The translations under genes and the position numbers were made by a program. The notes under the pieces are model-generated. The model worked only from the letters and a program-made list of their open reading frames with translations, was not told the DNA's origin and made no database searches. Shown here piece by piece: positions 1-9,540 of a stretch of 64,000 bases of DNA. The stretch's first letter is position 1. Each line of letters begins with the position of its first letter. Source of the DNA: a virus (lineage: Duplodnaviria; Caudoviricetes); IMG/VR virus record IMGVR_UViG_3300021426_000064, positions 1-64,000 of that record; one strand, written 5' to 3'.

Positions 1-196
1 GGTTATCCCGGCGCTCTACATGCCAGCCCTCTTTGCCATATTGGGCAGCCAACTCCCGGTCGATTGCTTCCAGTGCCTGCCTTACCCATTCGCACATCTT
101 TGCCTCAAAATATTTTCTCAGCTTATCTTCTCGGTTAATATTATTTTTTGTGGTCTTTACTATGTTGATTATTTCTGCTACTATATTGTTATTCAT
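1..196 (-). CDS. ISLre2-family (UPF0236) transposase, N-terminal part, runs off the window
   Basis: Hand translation from ATG at 196: MNNNIVAEIINIVK...ALEAIDRELAAQYGKEGWHVERRD, which resembles ISLre2 transposase N-termini. Not in the ORF track because it has no stop in the window. Confidence 0.7.
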   Translation of the reverse strand, partial: MNNNIVAEIINIVKTTKNNINREDKLRKYFEAKMCEWVRQALEAIDRELAAQYGKEGWHVERRDN

Positions 197-289
197 GGGA
201 ATCCTTTATCTGTGTTTTTTGAGCATACACTATGATACAGGGTTCCTTTTTCTATTGCAAACAATTGACCGAGAAATATTTTACACTAA
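1..289 (-). mobile_element. Left end of an ISLre2-family insertion sequence
   Basis: Minus-strand AGTGTAAAATATTTC (about 272-286) lies upstream of the transposase and resembles ISLre2 terminal IRs. Exact end uncertain. Confidence 0.55.
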
Positions 290-643
290 GAAGACAATGG
301 CCTGCGAAGCAGGCTCGGAGGAAGACATGGTGTAATCCCATACTCCCTCCTGACCGGCTCGATGTGGCAGCGAAAAGACGCTCCTTTCCGGCGGTCAGCG
401 CCGGATATCGAAGAAGACAAGTGTATCGAGCCCCTGCCGTATCTGGCGGCCATGAGCCTGACCAGATACCGCGCATGAAGCCCGAAGGGCGGCTTCGGCG
501 AGCGAGCAATGTCTCGGACACACGCCATCTCTTTTTGCCCGAAGACAAGATGCAGACCACACCTTTGTTGGTGCGATACCGTTGCGGGCGGCGTGGGGCC
601 GAGACGAGCGAAGCGAGCCGAAGGCCTTTCTGTATCTTATCTC

Positions 644-672
644 TTGACTTAATCAACTATATATGGTATAAT
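644..672 (+). promoter_or_regulatory. sigmaA-type promoter
   Basis: TTGACT-17 bp-TATAAT with TG extension, upstream of ORF 705. Confidence 0.75.
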
Positions 673-704
673 TAAATTACAATCAAGAGAAAGAAGGGGT
701 AGTT

Positions 705-962
705 ATGAAACTAACCGATGCGCAGCGCGGTGCAATCACTTCAGCAGTAGCCGACTACATCGAATACTACGTAAATGAAGATACAGATTCGTTGGACATT
801 AAAGATAGTAAACTATCTTCGTTATCGTGGGGCCAGTTGTACAACGTCCTTTGCTTGATATATAATACTGGTTCTCCCGATCAGACTATCCAGAATAAGC
901 TAGATAGTAAAGAGTGGAGCGCTCCAGAGGAAGTAATTCAATATATCGAGCTTACTTTATAA
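705..962 (+). CDS. Hypothetical protein (85 aa)
   Basis: RBS GAAGGGG, own promoter, converges on the early operon. Confidence 0.7.
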   Translation: MKLTDAQRGAITSAVADYIEYYVNEDTDSLDIKDSKLSSLSWGQLYNVLCLIYNTGSPDQTIQNKLDSKEWSAPEEVIQYIELTL

Positions 963-1499
963 TTACCAGCCGCGGCTATTAACATCCCAAACAGACATCA
1001 TAATACCCACCAACTCTTCGCGCTCTTCGAAAGCACGAATAATGGTGGCCTCGCTAAAGACACAGGATAATACGGAGTACATCGCCTCCATACCATTCTG
1101 TGTCTTTTTACTGTCTGCGTGACCTGGCGCAGCAGGATAGGTTCGTGCGGTTACATAACGCGAATCATTATCTGCAATATCTGAAGACGCATCCCGATCA
1201 AACTTTAAGTTTATCCGCACATATCTTGCAGAGTCATTTGTCATAATTTTAAAATCTGTTCCTTCAAACAAGTCTTCTCTCCAATCAATATCTACTTTCA
1301 TAAACAGCCCGGTTACTGAGCGAAAATACCCCAGCATCCATGCCATAACCACTTCCATGTATTTCCCGGCAGGAAAGTCAGTGTTGCTTAGTCCTTCCAA
1401 TCTGAAATCGGAAAACATCTTCTTGGACAAGCCGGCTTTAAAAGCCTTTCTCTTAAACACCATCAATTCTTTTGCGTTGTTAATATCTTTCTGAGTCAT
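963..1499 (-). CDS. Hypothetical protein, possible PD-(D/E)xK-like fold
   Basis: AGGAGG RBS. EDLFEGTDF...INLK weakly resembles the nuclease motif. Confidence 0.6.
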   Translation of the reverse strand: MTQKDINNAKELMVFKRKAFKAGLSKKMFSDFRLEGLSNTDFPAGKYMEVVMAWMLGYFRSVTGLFMKVDIDWREDLFEGTDFKIMTNDSARYVRINLKFDRDASSDIADNDSRYVTARTYPAAPGHADSKKTQNGMEAMYSVLSCVFSEATIIRAFEEREELVGIMMSVWDVNSRGW

Positions 1500-1568
1500 A
1501 TCTCATTCCTCCTAATAAAAAAACAAAAAAAGACAGACTATTTTTGTGCCGTCTGTCAGGGCAAAAAT

Positions 1569-1856
1569 TTAAGCTATCTTTCCTTCCTGTTCCCACTGCA
1601 GCTTTCTGCGGTCCATATATGCTGAGCGCACGCCCGTTGCCGCTTTCTGCATAGGATGACCGAGCTGGAGATATCTTGTCTGATACTCTTGTCCGTCTTT
1701 GTAACTCTTAAAGCATACGTTGGCAAACGTATCGAACCAGAAGCTGCAGGTTTTATTCCCGGCCTCGTCCTCAAAGTAACCTTCACGTTCACCTGTGAAG
1801 GTTACATATCTCTTTACCTGTTGATTTCCAATATGAATAATAGTTTCGAATCTCAT
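1569..1856 (-). CDS. Hypothetical protein
   Basis: Start moved to ATG 1856 (MRFETII), which follows GGGAGG. Confidence 0.65.
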   Translation of the reverse strand: MRFETIIHIGNQQVKRYVTFTGEREGYFEDEAGNKTCSFWFDTFANVCFKSYKDGQEYQTRYLQLGHPMQKAATGVRSAYMDRRKLQWEQEGKIA

Positions 1857-1887
1857 GATGTTTTCCTCCCAAATAAAAAGCAAAAAC

Positions 1888-3159
1888 TTATGCAGCCATA
1901 TCTTTCCAGTCGAGCTTTGCACACTCGCCATCTAAGATATGTACCTTGCTTTCCGCCCGCGTTACAGCCGTATAGAGCCAGCGCGCATTGGTAAGCTGCT
2001 CGTTGTACAGCTTTGATGTGCCAGTGATGTATACTTCCTCCCACTGGCTGCCCTGACTCTTATGAGCCGTAATAGCGTAGCCATAGGTGCAGATAGTTAC
2101 AGTCGGGGAAAGCATCGGGCGCCCACACAAATCCACAAAATCTCTTTTGTAGCCATCACGCCAATAGCGAAGGCCGGCGAGATTCTGTGGTGCAATGGAA
2201 GCGCCATTATAGCTAGGTACAAGAATCAAGTGATGTACCTCACCATCTTCTTTGTACCGATAAAACTCTGCCACGATAGGCAGTGCTTTCTCCCGATTGG
2301 GCACACGGATAAACAGCTTGTCCTTACCCAGAAGCTCAATATTTTCAGGCACCTTCATAGTTTCTCCATTACGCAGAAAAGCGCCGTTGGATATACCCAT
2401 GATAGGCTCACCTGCCTGCAGAATCTTTCCGTCAAAGCCAAGAGCTTTGCGGACACCCTGGTTGAAGCGAATACGCGCCTCATTCTTCCAGGTAACCATG
2501 GTGATATCTTTACCCGCTTTTAGCTTGGCGAGGTAATCATTCCACAGTACCGGCTTGCTCTCAACCGATACGTCACCATGGGTAGAGGTCGGGGAGAACG
2601 CCGTCTTTTTCTGGCGCAAAGCTGTTGCCCAGTCCAGGATAGCGCTGCCATCACCCTGACGCATTACCTGCGTCAACACAGACTTATATTCATTGTCGAA
2701 CACTGTACGACTATACTTGCCGACAGGTGGGAGCTGGAACGGGTCTCCCATATAAAGGATCTTGCTTTCCTTCTTGGTGGCAAACTCCTCAAGGTCGTCC
2801 AATAGTTTGTCAGACAACATGGATGCCTCGTCGCAAATGATGAGCAGCCGCTTATCATCGTCATCTTTGGTGGCGGCCTTCTTAATGAAGTTACCGTAAC
2901 GGTCAACGGTGTACAGGAGCTTATGTACGGTCATAGCTCCTTTGTTTCCTTTGCGGCGCAACACTTCTGCCGCCTTGTTTGTTGGCGCGATAAATACCAC
3001 GCGGTACTTATCTTTCTTGGCAATACCGGCAATCTCACCTGCCAACGTGGTCTTACCTGTACCAGCATAACCCATAAGTGTCCATGCCAGTACATCGCCT
3101 TTAATAAGCTGGGTTTCGATATTCGTTAACGCTTCTTTCTGCTGTTTATTCCATTCCAT
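1888..3159 (-). CDS. SF1B helicase, Dda/RecD-like
   Basis: GYAGTGKT Walker A, APTNKAA, IICDEASM, MGDPFQLPPV, YAITAHKSQGSQW, WLYTAVTRA. Confidence 0.92.
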   Translation of the reverse strand: MEWNKQQKEALTNIETQLIKGDVLAWTLMGYAGTGKTTLAGEIAGIAKKDKYRVVFIAPTNKAAEVLRRKGNKGAMTVHKLLYTVDRYGNFIKKAATKDDDDKRLLIICDEASMLSDKLLDDLEEFATKKESKILYMGDPFQLPPVGKYSRTVFDNEYKSVLTQVMRQGDGSAILDWATALRQKKTAFSPTSTHGDVSVESKPVLWNDYLAKLKAGKDITMVTWKNEARIRFNQGVRKALGFDGKILQAGEPIMGISNGAFLRNGETMKVPENIELLGKDKLFIRVPNREKALPIVAEFYRYKEDGEVHHLILVPSYNGASIAPQNLAGLRYWRDGYKRDFVDLCGRPMLSPTVTICTYGYAITAHKSQGSQWEEVYITGTSKLYNEQLTNARWLYTAVTRAESKVHILDGECAKLDWKDMAA

Positions 3160-3177
3160 ACTATTTCCTCCTAACAG

Positions 3178-3206
3178 TTGAAGTTACCCGAAGAAAATGA
3201 TATAAT
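3178..3206 (+). promoter_or_regulatory. sigmaA promoter for a putative antisense sRNA
   Basis: TTGAAG-17 bp-TATAAT with TG extension, pointing into the small minus-strand peptide gene. Confidence 0.7.
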
Positions 3207-3268
3207 CTGAGTAACCAAGGAAGTCCGGAGCGCACAACTCCATCATCCTCCCTTGGGGCAAAACTTAA

Positions 3269-3370
3269 TTACCTAAGAAGCTCTATGAGCCACTGGATAA
3301 TTATGAGTCTAGCCATTACTGATGTTGCGACGAGTGCAATGACTGCCAACAACAGGAGTAACTTACTCAT
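3269..3370 (-). CDS. 33-aa hydrophobic peptide, probable type I toxin
   Basis: AGGAGG RBS. MSKLLLLLAVIALVATSVMARLIIIQWLIELLR. Below the ORF-track cutoff. Confidence 0.65.
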   Translation of the reverse strand: MSKLLLLLAVIALVATSVMARLIIIQWLIELLR

Positions 3371-3452
3371 ACCATTACCTCCTTTGGTTTATGGAGTTTT
3401 CTTTTGGTGTTTCAACCGCCCAGTTTTACGTCATATGACAGGACAATGCAGT

Positions 3453-5321
3453 TTACTTTTCCGCATCGACAACTACAACAATGCCATCATAGCCTTCAAG
3501 ATGCTCAGCAACCGGCTTAACACCAGTAGCTTCTTTTACCATCTTGTCATAACCCTTCTCGAGTTTGATACGGAGCTCATTGGTGAGCCATTCCGGTACA
3601 TCGCTGGTATAAATGGTCATCAGCTTCTTACCATTAAGCGTCATCTGCATATAGTCCGTGGTTACAACTTTCGTCGTAGCCTTAACCGTATGCGGGCGGA
3701 GTTGAATCTGCATACCAACAACATCCTTTGTCGACACTTTAGCTGCGCGGGCAGCACAAGTGTCGAGCATCGTGCCTTCACCATCCATCTGGTTATCCTT
3801 ATCAAACAGGATGCAGAAAGACTTGAGGGTAAAGCCCTGGTCGGCACGCATACCCATACCACAGGTATGAGAAGACAGGCGGGTAGCTGCATCAACTAGC
3901 ATAGTACCCGTCACTTTCTCGCCTTCACGGATAGTAAACTCTCCATGCGTGGCACTATAGAAGATTTTATTGAATTTCTCAATATTCTCTTCCGTGGATG
4001 CATCGAAGAACATCATCGTGTCCTGACGCTTCTGGGAGGTAGAGTAGATGTTGCATCTATCTGCATCAAGCGTCATGATGATATCTTCCTGTTTAACCCA
4101 CTCTTTCTTGATGGCCACAACTTCATGCTCCTGCATGCGGTATGCCGGATCGTATCCGCTTAAGAGAGCGTAGCAATTACGCAGTTCAACGAGCACAGAT
4201 ACGCCATCACCATAAACAGGGACATATTCATTCTTGTCCATATCGTGGGTAACACCAATATTCTTGGTGATGTAAATCTTGCCTCCTTCCTCTAATCCAT
4301 CGATCTTTCCAAGAAGGTAACGCAAGCAACGAGCTGCCTTCTCTTGGATTTTCTTGCCGGACGTCTCATCCGCCCGAACAAGATCAGAGAAGTCAACCGT
4401 AGCTACTTTATCCGTAGCAAGACGTTCACCAGAGAACTGGTTACGTCCTATAGAATTACCAAGAACAACACCTGTCTTGGCATACGGAGCCGTGAATGCA
4501 GTCACTGGAGCCGCTGTAATATCGACCACACACTGGCAGCCAATATTATTGTTGGCCTGTACAAAAGTCAGGCTCTGCATCTGTACAGTAGCCATGCCTT
4601 TGTCAGCCTTCTTCATGAGGGTTCTACGGACTTTATTGTCCAGCTTGTGGCTGCCATGTTTCAGGATAGAGCCAAGCTGAGTGCGAAGACTCGGCTTTTC
4701 AGCAGCCTGAAGGATAACAGCACGATAGTTGCCTTCAACTACCTTCTTAGAAATCCCCTTACGACCGAGAATCTCATCCAGTTCGGACAAATCCTTAATG
4801 TCCGTCTTGTGAGCGACAATCTTGGCAGCGTATACCGCACCAATGCCGTTAAGCTTCATGAGCTCAGAGACAATACCGCAGTTGATATTTATTTCCTTCT
4901 GTTCAGAAGCTGCCGCCACTTTAAGTACAATGCCAAGCTTCTTACGCTCGACAAGGCTCATAATACGGTCACGGGAGATACCGGCTGCCACCATATCGAG
5001 CGGCGTACGGAATTTCTTTGCCTGTTTATCTTTCCAATAACGGCAAAGACGATTCACTTCACGGTGCGTAAACACCGAGCACAGAACCATCGGGCTCTGT
5101 TCATTGATATTAACCATTGGGCGGCCAGTACGAATGTACCAGTTATGGCTGAGAACCTTCACGGATTCCCAGGAAATACCGATGTTTGCCAGTGCCTTGA
5201 ACGTAGTAGCACTTACACCACGTTCGCTGCAGAACGCAAAGATTTTCTCTGCGTCCTTGCGGCAGATACCTGCCAGTTCCAGTTCAGAAACGGATGCAAA
5301 CAGTAAATTTTCTCTAGTCAT
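3453..5321 (-). CDS. Multi-HhH (ComEA-like) protein fused to the N-terminal half of a YonO/RdRP-like two-barrel RNA polymerase
   Basis: ININCGIVSELMKLNGIGAVYAAKIV (HhH) plus further GI-type HhH repeats. C-terminal MDGEGTM...IQLRPHTVKAT matches the DGxG...QxR...K motifs of cellular RdRP/YonO. Confidence 0.65.
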   Translation of the reverse strand: MTRENLLFASVSELELAGICRKDAEKIFAFCSERGVSATTFKALANIGISWESVKVLSHNWYIRTGRPMVNINEQSPMVLCSVFTHREVNRLCRYWKDKQAKKFRTPLDMVAAGISRDRIMSLVERKKLGIVLKVAAASEQKEININCGIVSELMKLNGIGAVYAAKIVAHKTDIKDLSELDEILGRKGISKKVVEGNYRAVILQAAEKPSLRTQLGSILKHGSHKLDNKVRRTLMKKADKGMATVQMQSLTFVQANNNIGCQCVVDITAAPVTAFTAPYAKTGVVLGNSIGRNQFSGERLATDKVATVDFSDLVRADETSGKKIQEKAARCLRYLLGKIDGLEEGGKIYITKNIGVTHDMDKNEYVPVYGDGVSVLVELRNCYALLSGYDPAYRMQEHEVVAIKKEWVKQEDIIMTLDADRCNIYSTSQKRQDTMMFFDASTEENIEKFNKIFYSATHGEFTIREGEKVTGTMLVDAATRLSSHTCGMGMRADQGFTLKSFCILFDKDNQMDGEGTMLDTCAARAAKVSTKDVVGMQIQLRPHTVKATTKVVTTDYMQMTLNGKKLMTIYTSDVPEWLTNELRIKLEKGYDKMVKEATGVKPVAEHLEGYDGIVVVVDAEK

Positions 5322-5414
5322 GATAAAATCCTCCTCGGGCTCGACGGCCCTTTTCTCTAAAAAACAAAATTTGACAGACTATTTATCGAGCGCCGTCTGT
5401 CAGGGCGCAGAAAA

Positions 5415-8400
5415 TCAAAAGTCGATATCGATATCGATGGCTTCTATGTCATCGATGGTAAGGGCAGAGGATTCCTTAACGGACTCTTCCGGCAGAGCAT
5501 CATACTCTGCATTCTTCTGCTCCACTTCCGTCAGCACAACAACGGCACGATTGCAATTGCTGTCTGCATAAACAACGGAAACTGCTCCATTCAAACCTTC
5601 GTAGAAAGAGCGAACGGCAGCATCGTAGCTGTACTGCTCATGATTCTTGCGAACGAATGCATCTACATCCGTATCCGTCGTGAACCCATGGCTACGAACA
5701 GCAGCTTCCTTGTTGTAATGCTTGCCATCCTTGCTGCCCTTTACATAAAGGCCGCCAAGAACTTCAGTATCTTCTCTCATGCCAAGGCGGGTATACTTAC
5801 CATCCTTAACATTTGAAAGAAGAATACGATGACCAACTTTAGAAGACATGGCATCAACGATAGCTTTGTTAATAGCAACTTGCTCGTCATTAATAATCCA
5901 CTGTTCTTCTGCGGTTTCACCATCCCATTCCGGATTCGGCATCCAAACAGATTTAAGGTCAAGCTCAAATGCTACCTGGGTACGATCCACTTCGGGAATG
6001 CTGATAAAGTCCGTCATTGGGCGGACAATTGCTGGGGAGTCATCACGCATAGCAATCTGATACATGCCATCCAGAACATTTAAAGACACATAAAGGTCTT
6101 CAATCTTCTTCATTTTGGCTGTATAGATTTCACCATCTTTTACAACAACGCTCTGCCCTTCAGTCAGAGACTCAAGAGCTTCCACATTGTTGTAACGAGC
6201 GTTAATGAATTCCACAGCTTCGTTGTTTTCACTCATCTGAATAGCAGCGTAAGCTGTTTCCTCTTTGAGGAGCTTGCTCATATTGCTGCCTGCAGAAGTC
6301 GTGATATCTTCGCCGCCTGCAAGATAACCAACGAGGTCGTCAGGAGAGACCTTGCTGTTATCACGAGCCACCATCCAGCGAATGGTGTTGGAAATAGCGT
6401 CGAAAGCGTCATCATACTTCTCATGCAGAGCTTTGCGGATTGCATCACTCTTAGAGTTGCTGACATCGCCATATTCATCAGCATTTGCGGCAAGCATTGC
6501 TTTGCGGTCTTCACGATAGACTGCATTGATTGCGCCACCCATGCTGATCGCTACCTGCAGGCGGTTTTCAATACGCTGGTCTGCAATGTGCATGATGGCT
6601 ACATCGTAAGCATTTTCACGACGAGCCTTATACTCTGCAGAATTAACTGCTGCTTTGTAGCGGGCAATTAATTCGTTGAGCTTTTCCATGGACTTTTCAA
6701 TTGCATACCGGCGATAGCTGGCGAAGAAGTCGTTGAACACAACAACCTTACGATCGTTCTGTCCTTTTCCTTCTGCCGGCCAGAAGAGCTGAACCGGCTC
6801 TTCAGCCATCACACCACGGAAACCTTCGCGGCTGATTTCATTGCCGTCCATGTCAAGAAGAATAACCTTTTCGTCCTTACGGAGCAGATCATCTTCCTTG
6901 ATTTCGGCTTTAACGTCAGCTTCCGGGTCATGGAATGCTGCCCAGTCGATAACGAAACGCGCACCAAACTTCAGCGGCGTAACCGTCATCGTTGCCTTAA
7001 GAATGGCTACAAAGTCCGTATAAACCTTGTAGAACTTCTTTTCGGCATCGATGGTGCATTCCTGAGTGTGACGGATAAGAACGTCGAAGTCTTTAATGAT
7101 TTCGAGCAGCGTATTCCACTGCTCTTCTATCGTGCCTTCAAAGCGAGTCATATGAACCGCTTTTTCAAATGCATGGTAGGCATCAAGAGTTTCGCCATTC
7201 TCATAGGTCTTCGGAGCCGTGCTTGCGGTTTCGCGGCCATAAGCATCCTTGCTCCAGGTAAGCGGAGTGTGATACTTGCCGTCGCCAGCGTCAGCTTCCG
7301 TACCAGCTTCCCATACTGTAGAGAAACAGGAGATATAAAGTTCTTTTACTTCATCACTCCAATCGATGGCGCAGAGGCCCTGGATGAGTACACGGCCAGC
7401 GTTAGTCACAGGACCAACCTTCTCATTATGATTCTGGTTGATCATGTGGAAATTGGTGGAGTACATACCTCCATTGATCTCATAACGCTCACCTTTTTCC
7501 TCCGGCTTGGTCGGTACGATATCAACAGCCAGCGGCTTAAAGCCGTAGTTGTTGAGGAACCAGGGGATATCCTTCTGACCTGCACGATGCAGGATTACAG
7601 AAGTTTTATCTCCGTCACGGTCCGAGCCGGCCAATACACTGCCAATGGCTGCCAGGTCAGAAGGCATCTCAATGATACCTTCTTTAATGCTGGCATACTG
7701 CTCAGCAGCGCAAATGACTTCCTCTTCCGTGAGATAGCCACGTTCAACGAGGTCCATCAGGGCATCGTTGATTTCCTCGTCGTCCATAAAATGAACGAGT
7801 ACGGTTTCGCGAGTACCCACAGACGGATACTTCATGAGCGCACCATAACGCTCTTCTCTGGCGGCATTAATACCGTCAAAGAAGCGAGTAGCACGAGGAT
7901 CGACAACATTCATGATGTTGCCATTGATACCTGTAACACCGACCTTCAGTGCTTCTTCAACACCGAAACGGCTCTTAATGAGCTCATACACCGGGTCGAT
8001 GCTAATCATGCTCGTATGACCGTCAAGATGATAACGGTCGAGTTGAACATGATTAGAGAGCGTACGGGCGATGTCGTTCGTGGCACCCTTAATGAGCTGC
8101 GGCCACACATTAAGTGCATCGCTATTCATGCTCATAAGTAGGGAAGAAGTATAGCCAGTATCAACTTCTTCAAAGCCACGATAATCATTGCGGCAACGGC
8201 CGTCAAGGTCAGACACCTCGTCAACCGTATGGTCTATAGCAGTTTTGATGACTTCATCCAGGTCGCTAAGCACCTGTTCTGCATTGGCGCCATTTTTAAT
8301 AGCGTCGTTTGCATTGCGGAAAAGCTTCATCCACATCTGTGCGGACGAATATACGTTCTTATCTTCATCCTCTGCATGAGGAATCATGAGGACATTCATC

Positions 8401-8627
8401 CCGGTTGGGGTGGTGACATCAAAGATGTCCTTCCAGAAATTGCGGTCACCCACAATCTCCGGCAACTCAATGCCATTGGCGATAGCTTTAAAAGCATTAC
8501 CTTTTACCTGTGCCGCTGCGTTTACGCGCAGAGCTTTTTCTGCAGCTTTAGCCTTTTCTTCGGCATTGATTTTTTCAATGATAGTTGCACGGTTAACTAC
8601 GGTGTTTGCGATAGTCTGAGTCTTCAT
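5415..8627 (-). CDS. Catalytic (DxDGD) half of a YonO/RdRP-like two-barrel RNA polymerase
   Basis: Start at ATG 8627 after AGGAGG. Motifs YSSAQM, KYPS, LAGSDRDGD, VGPVTN and TIDAEK occur in the same order as RdRP LNRQ, xNP, GSDxDGD, lGxixN and aVDxxK. Confidence 0.78.
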   Translation of the reverse strand: MKTQTIANTVVNRATIIEKINAEEKAKAAEKALRVNAAAQVKGNAFKAIANGIELPEIVGDRNFWKDIFDVTTPTGMNVLMIPHAEDEDKNVYSSAQMWMKLFRNANDAIKNGANAEQVLSDLDEVIKTAIDHTVDEVSDLDGRCRNDYRGFEEVDTGYTSSLLMSMNSDALNVWPQLIKGATNDIARTLSNHVQLDRYHLDGHTSMISIDPVYELIKSRFGVEEALKVGVTGINGNIMNVVDPRATRFFDGINAAREERYGALMKYPSVGTRETVLVHFMDDEEINDALMDLVERGYLTEEEVICAAEQYASIKEGIIEMPSDLAAIGSVLAGSDRDGDKTSVILHRAGQKDIPWFLNNYGFKPLAVDIVPTKPEEKGERYEINGGMYSTNFHMINQNHNEKVGPVTNAGRVLIQGLCAIDWSDEVKELYISCFSTVWEAGTEADAGDGKYHTPLTWSKDAYGRETASTAPKTYENGETLDAYHAFEKAVHMTRFEGTIEEQWNTLLEIIKDFDVLIRHTQECTIDAEKKFYKVYTDFVAILKATMTVTPLKFGARFVIDWAAFHDPEADVKAEIKEDDLLRKDEKVILLDMDGNEISREGFRGVMAEEPVQLFWPAEGKGQNDRKVVVFNDFFASYRRYAIEKSMEKLNELIARYKAAVNSAEYKARRENAYDVAIMHIADQRIENRLQVAISMGGAINAVYREDRKAMLAANADEYGDVSNSKSDAIRKALHEKYDDAFDAISNTIRWMVARDNSKVSPDDLVGYLAGGEDITTSAGSNMSKLLKEETAYAAIQMSENNEAVEFINARYNNVEALESLTEGQSVVVKDGEIYTAKMKKIEDLYVSLNVLDGMYQIAMRDDSPAIVRPMTDFISIPEVDRTQVAFELDLKSVWMPNPEWDGETAEEQWIINDEQVAINKAIVDAMSSKVGHRILLSNVKDGKYTRLGMREDTEVLGGLYVKGSKDGKHYNKEAAVRSHGFTTDTDVDAFVRKNHEQYSYDAAVRSFYEGLNGAVSVVYADSNCNRAVVVLTEVEQKNAEYDALPEESVKESSALTIDDIEAIDIDIDF

Positions 8628-8719
8628 GATAATTTTCCTCCTTTTGGGGCTCGACGGCCCCTCTACAAAAAAAACAAAAATTGCCCAGTTTAAGGTCGTA
8701 TGGCAGGACCAAAACAAAA

Positions 8720-9250
8720 TTAAAACGGCAAATCTTCCCACTCGGTTAGCGAATTGAGGTCAAACACTTCTGCTTCCAGTGCTTCATCAATGCCTCTATG
8801 GGAAACATGTGAATCTTCTCCAATGCCGTAGCAGTTATAAGCAAACTGCTTAATCTTCTCTTTCGAGTAAGTTTCTAAGAGTTTAACCAACAATATCGTG
8901 GAGACAACATGCTCCTCCACCAAGAGGTCGGCGCCGTCGACAAAATCAGCAGCGCCAATCTCCTCCTGCATACGACCAAACAGCTTTAGTGCTGCATCGC
9001 CTTCTGCACGTTCAGCTTCCTCCAGAAGCTCAACAAGATTATTGAACTCCAGAGTAATATCCTCGTCCGGCTCATCGCCAAACGGATTGGTAATATAAGC
9101 GCCTCCTTTCTTAACCACAATGAACTTACCTTTTTCATAGGCTTCTCTACCACCAAACATCAAGGCCCCATTAGGAAGCACTTCATAATGAGCAATAGCT
9201 TCGCCCATAACGATTACAACAGCAGCCTTAACAAGATTCAGTTTAAACAT
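8720..9250 (-). CDS. Hypothetical acidic protein
   Basis: Start at ATG 9250 after AGGAGA. Ends EWEDLPF, an SSB-like acidic tail. Confidence 0.65.
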   Translation of the reverse strand: MFKLNLVKAAVVIVMGEAIAHYEVLPNGALMFGGREAYEKGKFIVVKKGGAYITNPFGDEPDEDITLEFNNLVELLEEAERAEGDAALKLFGRMQEEIGAADFVDGADLLVEEHVVSTILLVKLLETYSKEKIKQFAYNCYGIGEDSHVSHRGIDEALEAEVFDLNSLTEWEDLPF

Positions 9251-9339
9251 GATAAATCTCTCCTTTCGGGCTCGACGGCCCAATACAAAAATAAAAAATA
9301 AAAATGGATAAAAAAGAGTCCAGTATCCCAATAAGACAC

Positions 9340-9368
9340 TGGACTCAAACAATAAATAATGGTACAAT
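9340..9368 (+). promoter_or_regulatory. sigmaA promoter for a second putative antisense sRNA
   Basis: TGGACT-17 bp-TACAAT with TG extension. Confidence 0.6.
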
Positions 9369-9432
9369 GAGATAAACAGGGGGGAGTCCGGTGCTCTCGC
9401 TCACCATCATCCTCCCCCTGGTCAGACTACCC

Positions 9433-9540
9433 TTACTTCATCAGCGCATCAACGATGAACTTCAGTAAGAAGTATCTGACCGCAACTTCAACTGCTGCCA
9501 ACACGAGGCACAGCAACAGCATCTGTATCAGTTTTCTCAT
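9433..9540 (-). CDS. 35-aa hydrophobic peptide, probable type I toxin
   Basis: AGGAGGTG RBS. MRKLIQMLLLCLVLAAVEVAVRYFLLKFIVDALMK. Confidence 0.65.
   Translation of the reverse strand: MRKLIQMLLLCLVLAAVEVAVRYFLLKFIVDALMK

Noticed and set aside
20-675. Several overlapping short ORFs at the window start
   Set aside because: They overlap the transposase, the IS end and a promoter, and lack RBSs.
4344-8141. Plus-strand ORFs of 320 and 403 aa opposite the polymerase genes
   Set aside because: Antisense shadows; the minus-strand frames carry the motifs and RBSs.
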